This document shows positions 53,950 to 64,000 of a DNA stretch of 64,000 nucleotides, piece by piece. The DNA comes from Haplodiscus bocki. Taxonomy: Eukaryota. Position numbers and translations under genes: made by a program. The notes beneath the pieces were generated by a model. It was not told the origin of the DNA. It saw only the letters and a list, made by a program, of their open reading frames with translations, and made no database searches. Position 1 is the stretch's first letter; the number at the start of each line of letters is the position of its first letter. The stretch lies in the NCBI GenBank assembly GCA_965655095.1, contig OZ296655.1:84506001-84570000 (forward strand), read 5' to 3'.

Positions 53950-55660
53950 ATTGAGTTAGACTTTTAAAATTTCGGCTAGAATGACTTATTGCAGAAACAA
54001 AAAAGTGGAGAAATAACTTCCATATTGATTCAAGGTTTTACAAGGTCAGCCAAACAATACAATGAACGCGTTAGCAAACCATTAGAAACGGAGCAACAAT
54101 GTTTAAATACCATCTTGTGGACGGACCTTTGAAACCATGGGATAAATTCCTGCTTCTTGTGTAGTGAATGTTTTTGGGCTGAATGCAGATTGAAATTGGT
54201 ATGCTTCAAAGGGCGTTGGAGTAGCTTTTGAAACAGTTTCAGGAGTCGGTACAAAATGTTCATCGTTAGCACAATCTAATGCTATAACAGTTTGAGGGCT
54301 TTTTTGACAATATATAGGAGTAGCTTAATTGAATGTTTCTATTGTTATAGGATCAAAATTCACTTCAATGTTTTGATTGCATAATGGTATAGTATCAAAA
54401 TTTTTATCAATTTCATACACAGGTGGGAAAAAGTGAAGAGCAACAATTAACTAGGCAGTAGACCCGTTTACATAGAAAAGGTTACTGCGGTTTCCAGTCA
54501 AATGCTAACCAGTGATATGAGGATTTGGAACAAAAACTTCTTATACAATTACCAACTTTTTTCTTTCTCGTTCGCAGATATGATGTAAAAAATCCAGTTC
54601 CTAAAAAGTTCTACTTGAATTATGTGATTGATAAAATTTTCTTTCATTGTGTTCATGTGAGAATCATAGTCTACAAAACCGAATTTATTCGAATCTTTCA
54701 GCGGAGGAAAGTGAATTTTATTTTAAACAGACTCATGGGCTAATGATACAGACAATGAACCTTGAAAGAATAAAGGTTCTGCAGAATCAACAATTGGGTT
54801 TTTTTCAAGTGTTCATAACAAAACTTTCACGACAAGTGACAAATAAATCAGCATACTGAGTTGTTTACCATTGGGATGGTTTCTCACAGAAAAGAGTTTT
54901 TTGGTGAAAAAAAAATCCAATCATGACAATGTTGGAGTAGTTGGTCCAAGTTGGGACCTAGTTTGTTGAAACATAGTCAGTTTTCTCGTGTTTTTTCCGT
55001 TGCTAATAGGGAAATCATCAACTTCTAAGCAGAAATGGTTATTCAGTTTAAGCATACGTCTAATGAAATCAGAGACGTGAATGAACAAACGTTTTTCTCC
55101 AAAAAAAAACAGACAAATTTGTGTGGATGTTCCAGTGTCGCTTCAAATAAAACCATCAAAATGCAGACGTGGAAGTGTATTACCTTCAATTAAAAATTTT
55201 TCTAAGCTGTCATCAAAATCCAGAGAAAAATCCTCAAATTTTAATGACCAATTAGCTTTATCATTAAGATAATTGTGGCATCAAATCATCTTGAGTTTAA
55301 ATTTATAGGACCACTAATCAGAACACTGTTACTACATTGAGAGGTGAATACACCCGTCTAAAAAGTTTTCAGCCTAGTTGGAGTGACTGGAATTTGTTGC
55401 ATTTTAATTTTAACTTGAAAACTTAGACTACTAGAATAAGTGGAGGAACCCTTATAAGAACATTGGTTTAGTTCAAAACTTTCTGCTCCATTAAGGTTTG
55501 GGCCAGTTTTCTGAAAAACTTTTTAGGATCCATTGATTTAGGTAAGGGTATGGGGTTAGTAAGCCAATCCGTGCGATCATGTCTAAGTTACTTGTCATGT
55601 GCACCTTGAGCACAAAAGCTTCTATTCTTTTGAATAGCTGCAGAGCACTCACTTTTTTTG
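53950..55660 (-). pseudogene. env-like glycoprotein remnant lacking its N-terminus
   Basis: Reverse-complement homologue of 55990-57860; CSAAIQKNRSFCAQGAHD; EGNTLPRLHFDG. Confidence 0.65.
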
Positions 55661-55749
55661 TTCCTACTTTACAATTTACTTCCGTGACGAAACTCCATTT
55701 CATCATTAAGGGAGAAACATAGTTTTTTACAATCACTTCCCTGGTCTCA

Positions 55750-57860
55750 ATGACAACTACTGTCTGGAACCTGGAATTCTGTTCTCATTAATTTTCATTT
55801 TCTCTTTGCTGCAAACTGCTACAACAACCACCTCTGAAATGCTAGGTCAAGTTGATGATCCTAGGAGGACCGAAATTCTAACCACTCAATAAGTCATTTT
55901 AGTTTAACTCGGGCACAGAATTGTCCTCAAGCTCCCGTCCAGTATACGCGAACCTTTGCTTAAATATTTGTTGGTGCTAAGGAGAAAAAAATTCTTTCTG
56001 ATGCCCTGCAATTGTTCGAAAGGATAAAATATTTTGTGCTGACGGTGCTCATGAGACTTTTTTTGGACAAGATTTTATGAATTGGCATACTAACTCAATG
56101 GAATTACTTAAAGAACTGGATCCGAATGATTTCAAAAATAGTATCGAAAACCTTTTTGGAACGCGTAATCTTGAGCAGAACCTTTATTCCTAGAATGGCT
56201 CTTCGACTTGTTTTGATAGACTCAGGTTACAATTTGAAAATGAAACAAAACAAACTCCTTTCACTATAACGAAGCTCAACACTGAACAAACTGGTGAATT
56301 GACATGTCAACCTAATGATCAACATTGGAGTTTTGATCCTGAATTTTTAGACTCAAGATGCTTTGATGACCAAGGATATCCTAATGAAAAATAGAACTGG
56401 TCATTGATTTCTGAAGAAGTTCTCTGGATTATGATGACAAACCGGACAAACGAATACCCGAAGTCAAGTTTTTTCATATCTGCATACTGCTGAAGGCTTT
56501 TTATACTGGAGTTTTCACCTCTCATTTCAGTAAAGGTGATTTGATCAGTGATTAGTTTTTTAGGAATTTTCTCTGGATTATGATCGTGAATTAGAGAAGC
56601 TTTTATTTGAAGGTAATACCCTTCCATTTCTGCATTCTGATGGTGTTTTGTGAAGTAACACTGAACCATCCACACACTTTTGTGTGGTTTCTTGAAGAAA
56701 AAGATATATTCTTTCACATCTCTCTTTTCATTAGACGCATGCGTAAACTGAAAAAAACAATTCTGTTTAGAAACTGTTGTTTTATTTATTAGCAACTGAA
56801 AATCACTGAGAAAATTGATAACGGCTTATCGGCAATTTTTTTCCGTAACCTAGTTCCCACGTGGGAACAACTACTCCAACTTTGTCATGATTGGACTTTT
56901 TTCCACCAAAAAATTTGTTTTCTGTGAGAAACCAACCCAACAGCAACCAACTCAGTGTCCTGAAATTTTTGTCAATTGCGTGAAAGTTTTGACATGAACA
57001 CTGGGGAAAAAACCAAATATTGATTATGCAGAACCAACATTCACTCAAGGTTCATTGTCTTCACCATTAGCCTTTGAACCTGTAAAAAAATTTACTTTCC
57101 TCCACTGAAGTTTTTAAATAGATTCAGTACTGTAGACTGTGATGCTCTCATAAACACAACGAAAAAAATTCAATCAATCACATAATTCAAGTAGAACTTT
57201 TTAGGAACTGGATTTTTTACATCATATCTGCGAACGAGAAAGAAAAAAGTTGGTAATTGTGTAAGAAGTTTTTGTTCGAAATCCTCATATCACTGGTTAG
57301 CATTTGACTGGAAACCGCAGTAACCTTTTCTATGTAAACGGGTCTACTGCCTAGTTAATTGTTGCTCTTCACTTTTTCCCACCTGTGTATGAAATTGATA
57401 AAAATTTTGATACTATACCATTATGCAATCAAAACATTGAAGTGAATTTTGATCCTATAACAATAGAAACATTCAATTAAGCTACTCCTATATATTGTCA
57501 AAAAAGCCCTCAAACTGTTATAGCATTAGATTGTGCTAACGATGAACATTTTGTACCGACTCCTGAAACTGTTTCAAAAGCTACTCCAACGCCCTTTGAA
57601 GCATACCAATTTCAATCTGCATTCAGCCCAAAAACATTCACTACACAAGAAGCAGGAATTTATCCCATGGTTTCAAAGGTCCGTCCACAAGATGGTATTT
57701 AAACATTGTTGCTCCGTTTCTAATGGTTTGCTAACGCGTTCATTGTATTGTTTGGCTGACCTTGTAAAACCTTGAATCAATATGGAAGTTATTTCTCCAC
57801 TTTTTTGTTTCTGCAATAAGTCATTCTAGCTGAAATTTTAAATGTCTAACTCAATGGGGT
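55750..57860 (+). pseudogene. env-like membrane glycoprotein remnant (putative class III fusogen)
   Basis: ATG at 55750 then (after a 1-nt shift) hydrophobic GILFSLIFIFSLLQTA. Long near-open frames at 56002-56490 and 57280-57700 with Cys motifs. C-terminal hydrophobic WFANAFIVLFG*PC...YFSTFLFLQ. Confidence 0.7.
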
Positions 57861-57954
57861 TTTCAAGAAAAAAATGGTATACTGAGTTGAAACGCATACG
57901 GATTTTTCAACAATGCTCCATCAAAAATGAGTAGTAATAAACATGGAGCAGAGC

Positions 57955-60790
57955 ATGGAAAACGTCAGCGAAGAAACGTTCAGTAGACCTTCCCGTATTT
58001 TCTTCAAAGGTAGTAGCTGGAAAAATCAAAAGAATTCTCCGAAATAAAATTCAGATTTCAAGCTTGAATCTTTTGGAGCTAATGGATCGTCACGCTCACT
58101 GTTATCTGAAAAAGGTCATTAGAGAAATATATGAACCCGAGAAAATTAATACTTTTCGATCTGCCCATCCTTATAATACAATTGTGTCGACTGCAAATTA
58201 TTCTCTAGATAAAAATAGGATCCTGTCAAAATTTATGATACAACTCGCTGATAAGACCCCAAAAACGTTTTAAAAACTACTGACCACCCATAACCAACCT
58301 ACCTATGTGTCATATGTAAACATAATTTATCTCATAAAATCTGATCAAATGAACAACACCTCCAAACGTAAAAAAACTGACTCTGCAATTTATTTTGATC
58401 ATTGATATTCAACTACAAATCTGCGTTTCCGATTTTTTCCACTAGATTTCTTGAAATATTCACTTTTTCTTTTTCTTATCACATCAAGTTTTATTCCAAG
58501 ATCTGAAATACAAATTTTTTTCATATCATGTCACAATTTCTCATCATTGAGAAACTCTGAAAAAATTTGTGCTTCAGTAAAAAAACTACGAGAAAAAAAT
58601 CATCCATCTACTCTGCAAAGACTTCGTCAGCTATGGCTCCATTCTTCCGTTTCTGCACAATTGTTTCGGTACCACTCAATTTTTTTTCTTCCATTAAACC
58701 CTCAAGTACATTTGACGGAACGGAACCTCAAACATATGACACAACTGGTGCCTCAATTTCAACCCCTAAGTTGAAAAAAATCTATTGATAATATTACTGA
58801 AGGAAATTTTGGAAGTTTCTCTTTAGCCCACTGACTTTCATATACAAGCTCCACTGATTAGTGTACCAAATCGAAATGAAGAAAACTGTATCACCGCAAA
58901 GTTCACTTCATGATCTTCCGCGAAATACAAATCCAAATACTGAAATTAAGCACTCCTTGCATGGTTCTTATAACTCCCTAATTGATGAAATGGATGCCCA
59001 AAAAACTTTTGCTGATCCTCTCAACTGCTTAAAATGATTTTAAAAAAACTATGGAGAAAACAAAACCTGTGAAAATGACTCCTCCAAATCCGACTAAAAT
59101 AAATTCACTTTTCTGAGAGGCCCTGCATTTTCAGCTTCTAAATTTTTGCCTTCTACTCTGAAGTCAACACAAAAATCTGACTTTCATCAGGATTATTCCC
59201 TTACATCTGAAATGTTTTGATGAAAAACTCGAATTGTATTCTCAATTAAATTCGCTTTTTTTGGTTTCAACACCGTAAAATTTTCTTCCTGTTGAAAACC
59301 TGTACAATGATCATTTTATCTGGTATGAGTCTGAGCATTTTACCGCCATACGATTACTGGTCTTCCAACAATCAAAAAATCTTCACTCTGCAAATGAATT
59401 TTCCACGTTACTCTGTGCTTGATTTGCATATCAATGACTCAAATCCAATATTCCAAATTTTGATAGAAAAGCGGGTCCATCATGAGACAAAAGAACGATT
59501 TTGGGATAACTATCATCCCAACCTCAGAAAAAATATCATCTTAAAACAAGAATGTTTACTTCTTCATTCTCATTGAAATTGTTTTACATATACACTTGGT
59601 CCGCTGAGAAGTTGGGACCCTTTGAAAAAAACTGTTCATTTAATCCCAAAATTGTTTTCTGATACAATTTGATTCTCCCACAGGAATGCCCTTTTTCTAC
59701 TGATTCTCTGCATATTGACCCAGATTGGATTCGATCCAAATTTTTCCAACTGTATCCACACTTGTCAAATGTCTTTGATCATCCATTGAATGACAAAGCT
59801 CCGAAATCAAGAAAAGTTTTTGCCTCGAAACACTATACCTATAGTAAAACACACTTTTTGACTGCGCAATCAAAAACTATCATCTCGAAGAAACAACACC
59901 GCCCCATTTTTCAAAAGATTTCATAAACTGGATCTCATGCTCAAGTTAATTCTTCTTCGAGAGTTTATGGAACTATCGATCCTGAAATTGAACCTATCAA
60001 ACAAATCAATCCAATGAATTCCATTCAATTTTTGAGCTCACCAAGCAAAGTAAAGAACTAATTGAGCCGTACCCATTAAGTTATTCTGAACTATCTGATT
60101 TTGAAAATCTGAAGAAATTTTTTCACTGAAATCCCGCTGCAATTTTTTCTTGCGCAAAATTGCAAATGAGTCTGAAATCAATGCAACAATCCTCAAATAA
60201 ATTGCAATCTGCTGTCGCATTACTGAAATTTGTCTTTTCTGTTGACGTTAGTCCAAAAAATTGACACTGAAAACTGTTCCTTTGAAAAAAGCTTTTACAG
60301 GTAACATACATTTCCAAATGAAAATTCTTTGACTTCACACGTCTGAAAGAAATCCTTTTTAGTGTGATAAATTCTTTTGAATACTATATATTTATTCATT
60401 TCTGTATGCCTATGATGCCAAACATTGAATACTTCTGAAAAAATCTGTACCTTAACGAAAATTTTTTTCTGTGACCAACATCATTATTTTTAGAAACTCT
60501 TTTCTCAGATCCGCCTCTTGATGATGTTTCATTCATAGGGTCGTTGCCACAATCAATGCACGGTAACTTCGATAATCCCGAGACAATTGCAAATAGCTGC
60601 ATCACAAGTATCTCTGAACGAGGCACTTCATGTCCTCAAGGAACCTTCTGATGATTGTGGAATAAATATCTTCCAGGCAACAATTCTCCATCGAATCCGT
60701 GTAAAATTTTTCCGCCTCTTCTCACCTCAACTCGGTGATCAAGCTCACTCTGACCCCCTTACTTACACAATATCTGAAGAACATTAGTTC
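57955..60790 (+). pseudogene. Decayed post-env accessory ORF(s)
   Basis: Fragments 58064, 58567, 59292, 59669 (e.g. LPPYDYWSSNNQKIFTLQ...ERFWDNYHP). Confidence 0.55.
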
Positions 60791-62830
60791 ACACATTACA
60801 ATTTTGGGCGATTTTATAAAATTTTCAACCTCGTAAATGACTCTTTAACAAAATTTTTAAACTCGTTCGAATTCTTTTCTCTAATGAATATTACTCATAA
60901 ATTCTTTGTGTATTTAGCATATAGTTTCTTTTCTATTCGTTTTATTTTCCTGACGATCGCAATTTTACAAAAAGCTACCCTTGTAACCTCGATTACTTTG
61001 CAAATTCCTACATATTTAATTGCCTCAAAAATTTAAAATTTGTATTTTCATGCTTGAGATGAAATGAAATAAAATACAACTCTACGTATTTTGTCCCAAC
61101 CAAAAAAAATGCCGTCATAACAAGAAATTAAAGAGCACCTTTCTGAAAAAAATATGAACTAACTTTGTGAAACTTATTCGCTTCAGAGTGGTATTTTTTT
61201 CCAGATTCTGAATGATACTGAGAAACTGGAACTCCCAAAAATTTTCACACTTTTCAGTCGCAACTACTAAATAATGTTCATTTTTTTATAGTTGCTCGAA
61301 CTTTTTCAATTTTTCTTCCCGGTAACCAAAGCAAAATGAAAAAGAAAAAAGATTTTATGACTAAGGACTTCGAAGGAATCGAAAACTTTCCATTTTGAAA
61401 GACCGGAAAGAAAAAACGACTGCTCTTTTTTCAAACACTTTGAGAACTCAGGCTAGATTGTTCTTTTGGACACCTCTCACATGTTGATAACCCCTTCATG
61501 TTAGATGATATCCTTATCAATTTGAAATGTTTCCTTCCAGTGAGCTGACATGCACCTCTTCCACAGGAGGTCATGAAAATGAACTGTCGTGTTGTTTTTT
61601 CATGCCAACTCATTTGAGTGAATAACAGAAGAAAGTGAGAACCGCATGTGTTGAAGCTTCTCAAACTTAATTTAAGCTTTGACACTGTCGAAAGAAGTTA
61701 TTACCACCAATGGATTGAAACCAATCAATTCAGATTGACAATTTATGAATTTTTGCACCTAATTCAAGGTCAAACCCCTAAGAATTACTTGGAGACTTAG
61801 TCTAACCCACTGAGAATTCCTGTAAAAAAAGAAACTCTTTGACGGTATGACGATAGAACCCGAAACTGAAAATCCACCGAAACGTACTAAATTTTCCTTA
61901 TACATACTCTGAAATTAAGAGACTTTTAATTCAAACCCGGTCGGACTTAGTGCGTAATCAACAATTTTCATCTGGAAGAAACAAAACCAAACCCTTCCTG
62001 TGAAGATTCATCAAACTGCATCTCATGCTCAAGTTAAATCTTCTCCAAGGGTTTATGGAACTATGACTCCTGGAATCGAACCTATCAATATTGATCAGTC
62101 CAGTGAATTCCAATAAATTATTGAGCTGATCAAATAAAATGAAGAATTGATTAAACAGTACCGATTTAGTAGTTCTGAACTATCCGATATTGAAAATCTG
62201 CAGAAAGTTTTTCACGGACATCACGCTGCATACTTTTCTCGCGGAAGTTGGCAAGTGAATCTGAAAACAATGCAACAATCATCAAGTGAATTGCAATCTG
62301 CTAAAACAATACTGAAATAATTTTCCTCTATCAACATTGAGCCAAAAAATTTTGAACATTTTTATTTTGGAATTGTCCATACAAGGTAACATACGTTTTT
62401 CACTGTATATTCTGTGATTTTACACTTTTGAAGTTCCTCCTTTTTACTGTGAAGCATTTTTTCGAATTTTTTTGAAAAAAAAATCGTTTCTTTTTCAGCC
62501 CGATTTCTGAAGACTTCTAGAAAATCTGTACTTTAACAAAATATATTTCCTGTAGCCAACATCCTTGTTTTTGGAAACTCTTTTTTCCTATCCGCGTCAT
62601 AGTTTTGTTCCACAGCCGACGCAAAAAAACTCGAAAAACTTGAGACAGTTCCAATCAGCTGCATTACGAGTATCTATCAACAAGACACTGCGAATTCTTA
62701 ATGAACACCCTCAATTTTGTGGAAAAAATTTCTTCAACGCAACAGTTTTCCTTGTACAATTTTTCTTCTCAAATCAACTCGCTCATTAAGCTACATCTGC
62801 ACATCTTACTAACTTTCCGTTGTTACAACT
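59920..62830 (+). repeat. Direct repeat pair ~59920-60790 / ~62008-62830 flanking a leader fragment
   Basis: aaactg(g/c)atctcatgctcaagttaa at ~59926 and ~62013. 60950-61953 mirrors 48633-49750. Confidence 0.85.
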
Positions 62831-63449
62831 GATAAGTCAAGTTAATTCACTCAACACCTCCTTTGATCAAAGTGATACTCATCTGAAAATGTGAGGAAAG
62901 AAATCAAAAAAGTCTTCACCCCAACTGATTTTGATACATCTCGCAGTACCGAAGTTTCTCTTGAACTTATTTTATCAACAACTCAAACACACTTTGGTAA
63001 CCCTGAAAACTTTTTGTACCATTCTGCAACTCAATGCCTTTCAAGGAAATTTGATGTTGAAGATGAACTGTCCTCTCTGAACATTGACACATTGCAAGTT
63101 TACTATGCACATACTGATTATTCTTCATCTTATACTGCAAGGCATCCACCTCAAAATCCATCAGGAATTTTCACAGCAGAAATTCGTACACCTTCAACAA
63201 GATTTTTCAAAAACACCAAACTTGAGAAAAAATCATTGCCCCAGTATGTTATAAACCTGTCTTGCAAAAACAAACGTTTCCAAAAACTAATCCCCTTCCA
63301 CGCATAATCCTCACAGAACAATGGAGTACAGAAAACGTTCAAACGATAAACCTGTTATTTTATGAACAAAAGCGCGGAACTTCTAAAAACTCTCAATAGT
63401 AATCTTCAGTAAACCTACCTCTGTAAATTGGCAACAGCTTTTTTCTATC

Positions 63450-63899
63450 TGTAATAATAACTCACTGGCTCTCCAGCTCTCTCCTCTGGCTCACTGGTTT
63501 TCCACTGGTTGACTGGTTGTTCATCGACACTGGATATCTGTCACTAGATTTCCGCCTCATTGGATTTCCATCTCTATGGGTTTCTGTCGCTGGATCTCAA
63601 AATTGCTGGATTCTGGTTGTTTAGTTTTCTAGCTGTGCTCCTATTTTTCTGCATTGTTCTGCCTTCACTGGTTCTCTTGCTTGCCTGAATGGCGTATCAT
63701 ATTCCAAAGGAATGGGCAATACTTTGATTGCTGATGTTTATCTGGATACTGATACAAATGTTTTAAATGGTTTAGAACTGGTCTACGTCCTGACTGAGTT
63801 GAATAAACCCGATTGAAGTCTGCTCCCTATCTGCACCTAACCTGGTCCGAACATACTCTCAATCGGGTTGAACTGTCGCTGCTCACAATACTTCACACA
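63450..63899 (+). repeat. Candidate LTR
   Basis: Starts tgtaataataac, ends cttcacaca, aataaa at ~63802, CTGG-rich 5' half. Confidence 0.5.
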
Positions 63900-64000
63900 T
63901 TCAGCGTCATCCCAATTACTGCTCTGATGCAAACGCAAATCCAACGCGCAGTTTAGTCTCAAAAATATTTCAGAGTGTGAAATTTTGAATTATTTTCAAA

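Larger units (their letters stand above)
37459..55660 (-). mobile_element. Inverted ~18.2-kb family B unit: env(partial)-post-env ORFs-LTR-leader-gag-pol-3' ORF
   Basis: 38040-48640 is reverse-complement homologous to 17570-37458; 48630-55660 is homologous to 55990-64000. Strand skew flips (A/C-rich to T/G-rich) at both ends. Confidence 0.9.
55700..64000 (+). mobile_element. Family B third segment (env, post-env ORFs, leader piece, repeated post-env piece, LTR); continues beyond window
   Basis: Inverted homology to 48630-55660. Confidence 0.88.

Noticed and set aside
57533-57775. Identical 80-aa ORF pair (also 54030-54272) as a conserved small gene
   Set aside because: Off-frame to the env remnant; identity reflects the near-identical DNA patch.
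17570-64000. Large inverted repeats as TIRs of a Maverick/Polinton or DIRS inverted LTRs
   Set aside because: The arms are themselves gag-pol-env sequence with a DDE integrase. No pPolB, packaging ATPase or tyrosine recombinase motifs seen.
1-64000. Intact host genes, tRNA/rRNA/snRNA genes or prokaryotic operons
   Set aside because: Longest ORF is 161 aa. The recognisable ones are TE fragments, and no RNA gene signatures were seen.

Overview
AT-rich eukaryotic DNA made almost entirely of decayed Ty3/Gypsy LTR-retrotransposon sequence. I found no intact host gene, tRNA, rRNA or CRISPR array. 1-11.2 kb: a minus-strand Gypsy family A remnant (gag-PR-RT-RH-IN plus 3' accessory ORF remnants) next to an assembly gap (3008-3250). 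11.5-15.3 kb: three ~1.27-kb tandem units, each with a hairpin. ~17.3-64 kb: a much larger family B (~18 kb unit) with extra orphan ORFs and a decayed env-like gene whose motifs resemble class III (herpes gB/chuvirus G-like) fusogens. Family B occurs in three alternately oriented segments (+ 17.3-37.46 kb; - 37.46-55.66 kb; + 55.7-64 kb). This is best explained as a head-to-tail array sharing single LTRs, in which one ~18.2-kb unit was inverted, creating two giant imperfect palindromes. The + copy has nested tandem amplification of the integrase region (8 core copies). Paralogous copies show sharp near-identical patches inside diverged sequence, suggesting gene conversion. The peptides remind me of Gypsy families from acoel worm genomes, but that is unverified recall. 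Coordinates of decayed domains and all identity estimates are approximate and by eye.
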